Shown: in pieces, positions 38,291 to 50,939 of the stretch
How positions within the stretch are numbered: position 1 is the first letter of the stretch
Layout of the letters: every line of letters starts with the position of its first letter
NCBI RefSeq assembly: GCF_001194135.2
Contig: NC_068985.1
Location: 18,904,838-18,968,837 of the forward strand
Direction of reading: 5' to 3'
DNA length: 64,000 nt
Source: Octopus bimaculoides
Taxonomy: Eukaryota
The notes under the pieces: generated by a model
Seen by the model: only the letters and a program-made list of their open reading frames with translations
The model's database searches: none
What the model was told of the DNA's origin: nothing
Made by a program: the position numbers and the translations under genes

Positions 38291-39267
38291 TGTGTGTGTA
38301 TATATATATATATAAAAAACAGACTTCTACAGTTCTGTCCACCAAATCTATGCACAAGGCTTTGGCTGATCCAGGACTGTGGTAGAAGACATTTGCCCAA
38401 GATGCTGCGCAGTGGGGCTGAACCCAAGACCACATGGTTGGGAAGTAAGCTTCTTAANNNNNNNNNNNNNNNNNNNNNNNNNNNNNNNNNNNNNNNNNNN
38501 NNNNNNNNNNNNNNNNNNNNNNNNNNNNNNNNNNNNNNNNNNNNNNNNNNNNNNNNNNNNNNNNNNNNNNNNNNNNNNNNNNNNNNNNNNNNNNNNNNNN
38601 NNNNNNNNNNNNNNNNNNNNNNNNNNNNNNNNNNNNNNNNNNNNNNNNNNNNNNNNNNNNNNNNNNNNNNNNNNNNNNNNNNNNNNNNNNNNNNNNNNNN
38701 NNNNNNNNNNNNNNNNNNNNNNNNNNNNNNNNNNNNNNNNNNNNNNNNNNNNNNNNNNNNNNNNNNNNNNNNNNNNNNNNNNNNNNNNNNNNNNNNNNNN
38801 NNNNNNNNNNNNNNNNNNNNNNNNNNNNNNNNNNNNNNNNNNNNNNNNNNNNNNNNNNNNNNNNNNNNNNNNNNNNNNNNNNNNNNNNNNNNNNNNNNNN
38901 NNNNNNNNNNNNNNNNNNNNNNNNNNNNNNNNNNNNNNNNNNNNNNNNNNNNNNNNNNNNNNNNNNNNNNNNNNNNNNNNNNNNNNNNNNNNNNNNNNNN
39001 NNNNNNNNNNNNNNNNNNNNNNNNNNNNNNNNNNNNNNNNNNNNNNNNNNNNNNNNNNNNNNNNNNNNNNNNNNNNNNNNNNNNNNNNNNNNNNNNNNNN
39101 NNNNNNNNNNNNNNNGTTAGGAAGGGCATCCAGCTGTAGAAACTCTGCTAGATCAGATTGGAGCCTGATGTAGCCATCTGGTTCGCCAGTCCTCAGTCAA
39201 ATCGTCCAACCCATGCTAGCATGGAAAGCGGACATTAAACAATGATGATGATGATGACTGCACTGTG

Positions 39268-39600
39268 CGAAAGTACATTTATATGCATGTAGGCATCTCG
39301 AGAGTCATTCAGAAATTCTATTAATTATCTTCTTGTTAGTCCACAGAAAAGACAGGGATTCCTTGGAACAGAGACGGCATCTCCTGGAAATTATATTGTA
39401 TGGTTTCACATATCTTACTATGGACCAATTAATGCTGTACTTCGTTTTATCCTCCTTCAGTCACCATACAAAATCTGCCATTTGAGCGAGGTTGTTGCCA
39501 GTGCATCGAAGTTGGAGGAGTTACCAGTGTTGTGTATACCTGCTTCTTGTATATATTGGATTTTTTCACGGTACCCAGCCCTAGCTACAGCAGCATTATA
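39268..39600 (-). mobile_element. Penelope-like element GIY-YIG endonuclease relic
   Basis: Stop-interrupted frame RYTQHW..FVW*LKEDKTKYSINWSIVRYVKPYNIISRRCRLCSKE..INRISE*LSRCLH. Confidence 0.8.
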
Positions 39601-39621
39601 GCAAGATGCATGGGATTTGAA

Positions 39622-39658
<37 letters not shown>

Positions 39659-39742
39659 NNNNNNNNNNNNNNNNNNNNNNNNNNNNNNNNNNNNNNNNNN
39701 NNNNNNNNNNNNNNNNNNNNNNNNNNNNNNNNNNNNNNNCAC

Positions 39743-39776
<34 letters not shown>

Positions 39777-39879
39777 TTATGTATGTGTGTCCCACTACTG
39801 CTATATAGTTCACTGATACAGTTACACATGGAAAGTTGCATTTCATATAAAAAGAAATGTAAACATTATAACAACTTAC

Positions 39880-39951
39880 CAAAGTATCTTCTGTTGAAGG
39901 AGCAGCAACTCTGGAAGATTCCTGCTCATACTGATCAAGAATGGATGACAT
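39880..39951 (-). CDS. VPS18: VPS18 first coding exon (MSSILDQYEQESSRVAAPSTEDTL)
   Basis: Matches the VPS18 N-terminus (human MASILDEYE). Donor GTAAGT at 39879; a tttcag acceptor at 39984-39989 implies an upstream UTR exon. Confidence 0.9.
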
Positions 39952-40603
39952 GATGTTCAGATTAGAAAATACTTTTTATTAAGCTGAAATAATCAAAAAA
40001 TAAAACAATATACTTTAGAAGGTAAGGTTAAACAAACCAAATTACATCTTAAAAACTTTGTGTATGTGTGTGTGTGTATGTGTGTAGACTCAGGAAGACA
40101 TGGGATGAGGTGGTGAAGCATGATCTTCAAATGTTAGGCCTAACAGAGGTGATGACAAGTGAGTGAGACTTGCTGTGCTTGAGAAAACTCATCAAACAAA
40201 GCGAGGTTGTAGTCATGACTGTTGCCAGTGTCATGTGAATGACACCGGTGAAACTGCAATTGCAGCCATTGCCAGTAGAACAATCATTGAATGTTGGGCC
40301 TCACGGAGGCAATGACAAGTGACTGAGACCTTTGACGATATGCTATGCTTGAGAAGGCTTGTCAAGCCAAGTGAAATTGTAGTTGTGGCTGTTCCCAGTG
40401 TCATATAAATGGCACCCATGCCAGTGGCACATAAAAAGAACCCAATACACTCTTGGAGTGGTTGTCATTCGAAAGGCATCTAGCCGTAGAAACCATGCCA
40501 AATCAGACTGAAACCTGGTGCAGCCCTCCGGCTTACCAGTTCCAGTCAAACTGTCTAACCCATACCAACATGGAAAGCAGATGTTAAACAATGATGATGG
40601 TGG

Positions 40604-41005
40604 TAAGTAGCTTGCTTACCAACCACATGGTTCCGGGTTCAGTCCCACTGCGTGACACCTTGGGCAAGTGTCTTCTACTATAGCCTCGGGCCGACCAAAG
40701 CCTTGTGAGTGGATTTGGTAGATGGAAACTGAAAGAAGCCCGTCATATATATGTATATATATATATATATGTATGTGTGTGTATATGTTTGTGTATCTGT
40801 GTTTGTCCCCCCAACATTGCTTGACAACCGATGGTGGTGTGTTTACGTCTCCGTAACTTAGCGATTCGGCAAAAGCGACTGATAGAATAAGTACTAGGCT
40901 TCCAAAGAATAAGTCCTGAAGTCGATTTGCTCGACTAAAGGCGGTGCTCCAGCATGGCCGCAGTCAAATGACTGAAACAAGTAAAAGAGTAAAAGAGAGA
41001 GAGAG
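40604..41005 (+). mobile_element. SINE (third family) with an internal TA/TG microsatellite
   Basis: GGTTCAGTCCCACTGCGTGACACCTTGGGCAAGTG core. Related copies near 1110-1500, 10195-10565, 19840, 30740, 38290, 48950, 56150 and 62890-63635. Confidence 0.8.
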
Positions 41006-41014
41006 AGAGAGAGA

Positions 41015-41053
<39 letters not shown>

Positions 41054-42189
41054 CACACACACACATCTATGTACGTTAAATACATCCAAATATATACATT
41101 ATATACATCATCCATACACTAGATTTCAGATGCTCATTATTACATGACTATGAGAGGGATACAATTCAAGAAACAATACAAGGCATTGCATCTTTAGCAG
41201 AACCCAAACTGATCTAAATGAATAAAAGGAAAAAATGTCAATAGATTACAGTAATAAAACCGATAATCATCCAGTATAGTGGAGGTGCATGGCTTAGTGG
41301 TTAGGGTGTTGCACTCATGATAGTGATTGTGGTTTCGATTCCTGGACCGGGTGATGCATGGTGACTCTTGAGCGAAACGCTTCATTTAAGTTGCTCCAGT
41401 CCACTCAGCTGGCAAAAATGAGTAATCCAGCAACAGACCGGCATCCTGTCCAGTGCAGAATATATACATCAAAGAATCTAGGAAACTGGCCTTATGAGCC
41501 AATGGTTCAAAAAAGACTTTTTTTTTTTTTGGTATGCATCAAAACACACTATTAATTCAAATTATGATAAATGGAAACAGAGTTTGCTTTTAGAAGTGCT
41601 GAGATGTACAGATAAGGAAATAATTTATTCTCAACTGCAGAATAATGCTGATAGAATAGCAGGAACAGGATAAAATATCCATATTTTGTGGAAATGGCCC
41701 TATAACCCTGATGACTATTTACACTTGCTATTTTACTCATATGCATACTTGATCAACTACCTTCATCAAAGTCATACTCGTCACAGTATGGAGTATCAAT
41801 AAGGAATTTTTATTTTTAATTAGGTTATTCAATGCAGTTGAAGGCTGTAAATATTAAAATGAAAATGAATTTATAAGCATTATATATCCATACAAGATTG
41901 TAGAAGAAATTTAACATGGCTCTATATGTGAATAGCATTGGTGCTGGTGCCATGTAAAAAGCATCTAGTATACTCTGTAAAATGGTTGGTGTTAGGAAGG
42001 GTAGCCAGCTGTAGAAACCAAGCCAGAACAAACTATGAAACCTTAGTGCAGCCCCTGGCTTTGCCATTTCTTGTCAAACCATCTAACCCATGCCAGCATG
42101 GAAAACAGATGTCAAATGTTGATGACAACATTGATGACATAATAAATCTTAAATATTTCAACGACATAAGTTTGCTAATATCATGCAAA

Positions 42190-42400
42190 AATTACACTCC
42201 TCATCATCTTCAGCACTGAGTGAAATCTTCATAATCATCAGAACGAAAGAAATCATTGTACAGTTCCTGTTCATTGTCCTTAACTGTAATCATAGAATGT
42301 ATATTATCTGCTACTTCTTCATCATTATCTCAGAGATATTTGTCTTCTGAACCATCCAATGTTTTTTGAAAATTCCACATTTCTTGAATGATTTTGTCAT
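42190..42400 (-). mobile_element. pogo/Tigger-type transposase C-terminal relic
   Basis: KSFKKCGI then (frameshift) TLDGSEDKYL and an acidic tail. Confidence 0.65.
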
Positions 42401-42600
42401 AATGTAAGCTTTTAATAGTGAATGGAATTTGTGGAAGAGTGAACACAATAAAGACTTGAACAAAGTGGTGAAGAACAGATCTAAAGATGTTGCATCTCAT
42501 TAGAGTCAATTGGTGATATGCAGTGTTGGAGAAAACTCAGTCACCTGTGCAAACATGGTGAATTGAATTGAACATTATAAATGAAGGTTGAGAACATATA

Positions 42601-42651
<51 letters not shown>

Positions 42652-42804
42652 TCATCATCATCATTTAATGTCTGGTATGGGTTGGATGGTTTGATCAAGT
42701 TGGGGAGCTGCACCAGATACCAGTCTGATTTGGTATGGTTTCTACGGCTGGATGCCCTAACACTAACCACTTTACAGAGTGTGCTGGGTGGTTTTATATA
42801 GCAC

Positions 42805-42950
42805 TGCATGGGTGTTTTATGTGGCACCACGAGTGTTTTTACATGACATCACATGGGTGTTTTAATGTGGCACCACACAGGTGCTTTTATGTGACACTGC
42901 ATAGGTGCTTTTATGTGGCACCCCCATGAGTGCTTTTTATGTGGTACCAG
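42805..42950 (+). repeat. Tandem repeat, unit about 23 bp (GGTGCTTTTATGTGGCACCAC-like)
   Basis: About six degenerate units inside an RTE tail. Confidence 0.7.
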
Positions 42951-44559
42951 CACAGGAGTCTTGCAGGTCAATCCTCACCACTAGGGGATCCAGCCTTAAC
43001 ACTTCTGTTGCAGAGTGTGGGTCTTCTTGAGTATAGCAAGGCACCAAATATCTTGGTCCTTTGTCATCTCGTCTGAAAGGTTCAGTGTCCTGAGGTCGTT
43101 CTTCAGTACTTCATCCCATATCTTCCTGGGTCTCCCACTTCCACATGCTCCATCTACTTTGAGATATGGCACTTCTTTATGGAGCTGTCAACACATACTC
43201 ACACACAGTAAAGTTAATATCTGCTGCTTCCTTGCCTCTTCTGTATATTTTACATCCTCTTGTAACTCTATTGCACATCTTCTTATCACTTCTTGTAACT
43301 CATCTCTTTGTTATTCATGTCATTCATATAACAATGGATGGTATGAAAGCTACACATGCTCATCAATACTCCTGTCTCATCACTCTACATATTTCACCCC
43401 TCACATGGCCTACACATAAGAGACTGGATCAGGCTTTTGTACCAATACACTTGACTTTCACCTTCCCTGAACTGTAGGTCATCTCTCACCCTTCCTTGAG
43501 CCACTTTTTATTGTCATCCATTATTTATTCTTGACACTGTCCATCTCTAATAGAACTCATCTCTCTACACACCATTTCACTCCAATCACTGTTTCAACCT
43601 TCAACCACCTATTCTGGTTTTTGCATCATTGCTTTCTCTCTCCTAATCACTTCCTAAGTTGCTTTGCCTTGAGTGAACATACATGTCTCAGAGAACTAAG
43701 CACTCTTTACTCCTACAGTTGACAAAACAACCCCTCTCACATAGTTATCAAGATAACATGTATCTAGTGCACACTATAAGATTGTTGATCAATGAGCAGA
43801 GAAAGTGCAGGGTCAACAAGTCCCTTTAGAATAGTCTCATTGGGAACATGATGACCTCTATGTTGTTGGTGTCATGATAAAATGCAAGATGAGTGGTAAA
43901 CGTCAATAAAGAGTGACCATGGAAAGAGAGAAAGGGTGTGATGCTAAGTAGTAAAAAGGGTGATGGGAAGGGACATTGAATACAGGCAGACCTAATACCA
44001 TCCCTCTATATAGGCATTATGATGACAAGAGGTACAATGAAAGAGGGACTGATAGTGCAGATTGAATATAGACAGAGCCAGTAACATCTCATTACAAAGG
44101 CAGCATGGTACAATGAACAGAGGGTGAGTGATAGAGAAAGTGATGAAGGAAAAAAGCAGTAGATGGAAACTTATCAAGAATATAATGCACAAGAGACTTA
44201 AATGTAGATACATTTTACATTATAGCCTCCATAACTACTGTAAAATTCTATTCATTTTTTTTGTACCAAACTCAAGATTAAGTTAGAAGTGTATGTAAAA
44301 AATAGTATTCTCCATTCTCATTTATTTAAAAAAAAGCACAATAGTATAATAAAGCTTTAATATTTAGTAACAATATTATACTGGTACAGAAAGATATTTA
44401 TATGTATCATAAAATATACAATCTATTGTATTCTTGTAAATATTCTGTGCTATAAATACAGTTATAAATACAATTTAAAATCCTTTGGCATGGAAGTGGG
44501 TGTTGTTAGAGGGGAAATGAAAATGAAACTCCAGGACACACTACAGTATAGGTCAGAAG

Positions 44560-46080
44560 CTCAATCAGTACACACAGTAATAGCGCACTGGGAGATTCAA
44601 AGGTCAGATACAATTGAATGCTTTGCTGATGTCATGTGTAATGATGCTGTCACTAAATTTCTTGTGAGTAGTGGCCCACTGATGAGTGATATAGAGGAGT
44701 AGATTTCCAATAGAGCTGACTTTATGAAAGCTGTACTGGTGGTCAACAAGGAGGGAAAAGGATTCAAAATGTTGGAGAAGGCTTTTGTTAATAACTATCT
44801 CCATCATTTTCATGATGTTAGAAATGATTGCAATAGGATAATGGTTGGCAGGGTGAAAAAGGTTTCCCTTCTTGGGAATGAAACATTTAGGGTGAGGGAG
44901 AGAGAAGGACTGAAGAGTTTAGTGAGTATGGAAGTGCATTTGGTGAGGACAGGACATATTGTTTAAGGGTAATGAAAAGGACATTGTCAGGATTGGTGAC
45001 CTTGTTGATTTGGAGCAAATCGAGGCACTTCTGAATTTGGTATAAATGTGTACATGATGGTGATCCCGATAGAGTGGAAAGGGATAATTTTGGAGGGAAT
45101 TCTTCTAGTGTGTGCATGCAGTGTGTTGTTGGACGCAAAGCTGGTATAAAAGGTGGAGCATTTTACTGCAAGAGACTTGCTTAGGGAATCATCATTATTG
45201 AAAAGTGGAGAGAAGGATGATTCTGCAAAGCTGACAGCAAGATCTTTTTGCAAGATACCAAAGGATTTGATTGTAGTTTGAGAGAGGGAAGAGCTTGTAG
45301 GCTGTGTGAAGCACCCTTTGAATTTTGGATGCTGCTGCAATGCTGAGTAAGTCATCAAGTTTGTAAGAGTGAATGAATTTCTCTAGGTGTTGTAGGGTGT
45401 CCGTTAACTAAACTGAATGAACCATTTGGTGAATTTAAGGGTTATGAATTTTGGTTGTGAGTGAAATGTGGAGGAACCATAAAGGCTAGTTTCAGTCACC
45501 CATCTAGCCATCACTGACGGATAAGGGATGAAGAACATCTGCTGCCAGATATAGCTATCAGAAAACTGATGGAGCTCCAACTACCTGCATAAAGTGGCAC
45601 AGGGTCTTGGAAGTGTTTGTAGGGGGGATGGAATTCTATAGTAAGTGAATGTGATGAGTAGTCACAATATGGTAGAGGTCTGATGGCAGAGGAATGAAGA
45701 TTTAGTAGAGGCTGATTTCGGAGGTCAGAAAATGACAAAGGGTGTTTGGAGTGTTGGTATGTTGATCAGAGATGCATGAAGGGGATGAAACTAATTGATG
45801 TAGTATTGAATTTCGATACATCAATATGAGTGTGACAGCCAAGAAGAGTTGCTAGCACTGAAATCGTCAAAGACAATGACTTCAGATAGGAGTAATGTGA
45901 GGCAGGTGTTCTTGAAGCAGGTAGAAATGCCGAGAGGACTTTGATGAGCTGTTAAGAAAGTAGATATATTTAGAAGAGTGGGGAAGGAGACTCTGAGCCA
46001 GAGTAAGTGGAAGTCTTTGTTATTAATATTTAGATGATAGAGATGAATGGCAGGAAAAGTGGAGACCATATATTTGTTGA
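44560..46080 (-). mobile_element. Degenerate CR1-like LINE ORF2 (APE endonuclease and RT)
   Basis: VIVFDDFSASNSSWL (endonuclease GDFN.H..W motif); HQYSFHK..GNLL and DISKAFNCI (RT). Confidence 0.85.
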
Positions 46081-46649
46081 CACTGCTTTTCAGAGCGAAG
46101 TTTGAGTTAAGAGTGTAGCATGGGCAAAAGAGATGGACTACAGATTATGAGTGAATGGTTTATGTATCAGAGATTAATAGTAAGTGTAGTTTATGTGTTT
46201 GTATGAGTGAAGCCTAGGTTGGACTGGAGTGCACAAATATTGGAGAAGGGAGAGTTGTCCAGTGGTTTTGGTTTCCCTCCTTTCTATCAAGCACTGAATA
46301 TGAAGGACTGTATTATCAAATGTGTTACTCCATTTTCAAGGGGGTAAGGTGTAATTTTAAGGAGAACTGGATGTTACAGTCAGTTGAGTAACTTCATCAA
46401 ATCTGAGAATTTGTGCATTTGGTGTTTTCTTTCCACCCAAAGGATGTGCCCATAACCCTAAATAGTAACAACTTTGACAGATTTAATGTATTAATTATAA
46501 TGATATTGAACTTCTCACAGGATCAAGAAGAAAAAAAAAGTGCGAGATTTTTCCTAATTTATTTATGAGCATAGGAAAATGTCAAGCAAAAGTGGATCTG
46601 GTATGAATTTTTACATAAGCAGTAGTGTTGTAATTGAATAGAAGTCCCA

Positions 46650-48160
46650 TTTAAGGGAGCTAACACTGCAGTAATTTGATTTGGCAATTCAATACGTGGT
46701 GAAAATGTTGAGATCGATGACTATTTACAAATATCCTACTGAACGAGTAGTTATTGAGCAGTGTTCTTTTCGGAAAAATAGAACTTACAACAAAGAGAAA
46801 CATTTTATGGACCTAGTAACTTGAGCTATTATAAGCAAAAGGTGGCAAAAGTCAAAAATGTTATACTGTGATTCACTGCATTTGAGTCGTCTATGTGAAG
46901 AAATCTCACGACAAAGATGTATATATTTTATGCATATCAATAACGACATTCATTCTTTACATTAAATAAAAGAATATAGTTTTAATCAGTGATACATGTA
47001 AGCAATTTACGAAAGATGGAGACACTAAAATGTCAGCATACGTGCTTTATGTTATCTAACTTCAAGTCCTTTAAGTGTGTGCGTTGAACTGTGGCTAACT
47101 TTGCCTTTGGTTCATTAATACTGGATTAAGTAAGTATCAGTAATATACTGAGTCGAAATTTATCGACTATATACACCTTATAAAATTGGCTTTGTGTCTA
47201 GTTAAAAGAAGCCAATATATTGAATCATAATATAGTGAATCGATAAGTTCAACGGCATTATTACAGATTAAATAATAATTTCAAACATACAAGAGAAACA
47301 AAGAGATAGATTTTTTTTTACAAAAATACTGTGCAGATCTTTAAAACATTGTTTATGGATGCACTTCGAAGCGGATGTCGTCGGTTAATTTCTCTTACAT
47401 ACTGAAAGGAAGAAACCTCTCCTTATTGAGATTTTTTAATGATTCATTAATTTAAGTTTACAAAACAAATATCCACGTAATAATAATTAAGCTTTTAGAT
47501 TTATTTCTTCCTCCTTCAGGTAGATTTCGAAGAAAAATTCACCGCAAGACATTACACAAATGCTATACATAAACAATGTACATGAGTTAATTACGAACCA
47601 AGGAGGAAGCGTCTACACGGTAGCTCAACCAGCAAGAAATAACAAAAAAATCTCACTTAAATTAGAATTTACTGCTTTTGGAATAAATTGGATGCTGTAG
47701 TCTTAGATACACTTAAGTCTGAGTATAAGACGGGATGGTCATGACAGGAATACTTTTGATCATCAGTCAACTCAGAGCCGAACAACAGGAGTAATGTACA
47801 AAGGAAATTCAATACTAAATAGAGTATCGTTTTTGCGTAATTCTAACGAGTAAACAGAATATATAAAATAAATAAATGAAGGAATTGCGCAAAAAGGACA
47901 GAAGCAAGTGTACATAGCACCATGAATGATGCCAAAACAAAACTTGTAAACGCCTACTAATGAATATGCGTATGTTTTCATATCAATAATAGTTGTTTAG
48001 GAAAAACTGATGTGTTCAACGAAATAAAGAAAAATATTACCTATAAATATGAATTCAATCTGTACAAAAAAAAATTAATTCAACAGTAGATCAGGTGAAA
48101 GAGAAGCACTAACTGTTACATTATTAGTCTTAAATTCACTAAATGTCTGCAACGCCATGA
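46650..48160. promoter_or_regulatory. Candidate unmethylated promoter region for VPS18
   Basis: AT-rich, mostly unique sequence with visibly more CpG than the gene body; candidate minus-strand donor GTAAGT at 46788-46783. Confidence 0.4.
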
Positions 48161-49989
48161 TGTCTACTGAAGACTAAAGGGAAATAATTCTCAAAACTGG
48201 TGAAATACTTTCTCTCTCTCTTTCTCTTTCTTTCTTTCTTTCTCTCTTTCTTTTTCTCGCTTTGGCATTTCCCAGAGCAATGGGACTGGAGATTGAAAAT
48301 AGGGGCAGACAAATTGTCATGTTTAATAAAGACAGGTGGGTATTAAACTTGTCAAGCTTGTCCCAAGACCATGAAGTAAAAGATATTATATGGATGCAAC
48401 CTCTATTCTGTTTTCTGATTAATAAGGAGTGGGTTAGGGGCACAGAAATTTTTGGGGAAGCTTTTTGGAGGGTCTGGTATTAGTTGGAGAACTACTCTCA
48501 GGTATGGGTTTTTTTTAAAACAACACTTCAGATTTATGGTAGAGGAGAAATGAAAACATGTAACTTCCACAACTGAAATAAAGTGACTACCAAAAATCAG
48601 AACCGATTCATCATCTTTGTGGTTGGTTTGTAAACATAGAAAATCAAGTGGGTTACCTATTTCACTCCCTGTATTGGAAATATGATATCAAACATAAAGA
48701 TATTCAAGTTGTCAACATCATCATCAACATTATCATTTTAATGTCCACTTTTCCATGCTTGCATGAATTGGACGGAATTTATTGAGGCAGATTTTCTATG
48801 GCCGGATACCCTTCCAGTCACCAACCCCCACCTGTTTCCAAGTAAGGTAATAATTCCCCATAGCCAGACATGTTTTTGCAGAGTAATGGAAATGACTGAT
48901 ACTGTTTGTATGACAGTGGGACTCATTTACAGTTCTCACATGAAGTGATGTCAAGGACACACACACACAAATATATATATATATATATAAATATATGACA
49001 GGATTCTTTCCTGTTTCTGTCTACCAAATCCACTGACAAGATTTTCATCAGTTTGGAGTCACAGTAAACATTTATCCATGGTGTTATGCAGTAGGGCTAA
49101 ATCCCAAACAATGTGGTTGAGAAACAAATTTCTCAACCATACACTCATCATCATCATCGTTTAACGTCCGCTTTCCATGCAAGCATGGGTTGGACAATTT
49201 GACTGAGGACTGGTGAACCAGATGGCTACACCAGGCTCCAATCTGATTTGGCAGAGTTTCTACAGCTGGATGCCCTTCCTAATGCCAACCACTCCGAGAG
49301 TGTAGTGGATGCTTTTACGTGCCACCGGTACGATGCCTATACATATTAAGTGTTTCTAAAGTTATTTGTTTGTAATTCTTGAATCAGAAAAAAAAGCAGT
49401 GCACATGCTGTTTTACAGCTCATAACTAAGCCATGACTAATTGTAGTTGATATTCGATTTGAATTTTTTCAGATTGTTGTTGGATGGTAAGCATGAGTGG
49501 CTTTGAGAAAAGATAGGAAGAAGATGATATGAAGTATTGAAAGTGACAGGTGGTATCACTGTAGTGCATCAAATAAATGTTGTGACCTTACGCAAATAAC
49601 TGTTTAGCTTCACTGTTTTGTCATGTGTTATTTCATCTAATAAGGGACTTGTAGTCTATGATCCATGTCTCATCCTCTCTTAGAGTCACAAGCAGCCTTG
49701 GTTAAGCTACATCATTTAGTATACTCTCTCTGTCTCCATCCTTCTTCCTCTCCTCTTTAAACACATACATCATCTAAGTTATTTTTGTTGTTTTTTTCTT
49801 TACAGATGGCAGTTTATTTGCTTGTATATATTTGCTTCTACAGCCAAAAAAATGTGTGAATACTTTCTGCAACACAAATTATCCTATTGATTTTGTAATA
49901 CATGAAAATTTGCATATTCAACCTTAAATACTTTCCTATGTAACAACAAGTCGGTTCTTACCTTAACATAAGTTGAAGGTTTCACTCAT

Positions 49990-50330
49990 CTAGCATGTGA
50001 CTCTCCTATCAAAACTAATCCCTTTGGACCTCATCCATTTCTTATCTACTGGATCGACAGCTTCTTGGTTGCACTATTGCAGCATATGTTGGTGGAGCTC
50101 TTTTTGTGCCAGTCTCAGTTAACTTTGGTGTACCTGAGAGCTCAGGTTTGTTCCCTTCTCACTTCTTGCCATCACACTCAGCAATATTCACAATCTTCTT
50201 TAACCATGCATCATCCAAATGCAATCTATATATCACATATCAAACCTGCCTTGATTCCATTAATAGGGACCTCAAAAACTTCTTCCAATGAAGATATGCT
50301 TATCTTGAATTTTCAATAGCAAAAAACACA
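49990..50330 (+). mobile_element. Highly decayed LINE RT fragment
   Basis: GVPESSGLFPSHFL (from GVPQGSVLSP.LF) and SINRDL. Confidence 0.55.
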
Positions 50331-50672
50331 AGCACACTGCACAGATGCCTTTCTACTATAGGTACAAAGCTCGAAAATTTGAAGGATGTTGATAGTCTAT
50401 TACATCGAGCCCATTGCTCAGCTAGTACTTATTTTATCAACTCCAAAAAGATGAAAGGCAATGTCGACCTCAGTGAAATTTGAACTCAAAACATACAGAC
50501 AAACGAGACAAATACTAAGTATTTTGCCTGGCATGCTAATAATTCTGCCAGCTTGCTACCATAAGCACACTACTCATATTAAGAAAGTGTCATCATATCC
50601 TTCAATCTCTTTAACTTGAGCCTTCATATATCTGCACTCGTATATCTGTCAATAGAGTGGGTATATTATCTG

Positions 50673-50934
50673 AAGTGTACAGTATTATATATCCATTACG
50701 GCCAATCTTACCAATCGGTTTCACACTTGGGATTCAATGGAGTGTTAGGTAATAATCCAATCATGTAACCCTGTGCTCATCAGAGGTTGTCATTAGTGAA
50801 GAAATATGGTGACTCTAACTTTGATGAGCACAGGGTTATGTAATTGGTGGATTGTTACCTAACACTCTATTGAGTACCAAGTGTGAAACCAATTGGTAAG
50901 ATCAGCTGTAATGGATATATAATACTGTACACTT
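50673..50934. repeat. Long inverted repeat (arms about 115 bp, loop about 28 bp)
   Basis: 50673-50788 is the reverse complement of about 50817-50934 with few mismatches. Confidence 0.9.
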
Positions 50935-50939
50935 TGGCT

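Larger units (their letters stand above)
36709..39115. other. Assembly gaps (36709-37532 and 38458-39115)
   Basis: N runs. Other gaps at 2586, 8031, 10764, 39659, 53886, 60084 and 63080. Confidence 1.

Noticed and set aside
36546-39173. Long ORFs of 260-450 aa in the ORF track
   Set aside because: They are artefacts of translating N runs; the only real coding part is the RTE RT fragment.
48575-48660. Protein-like frame PLDFLCLQTNHKDDESVLIF
   Set aside because: No polypyrimidine tract, weak donor and no recognisable family.
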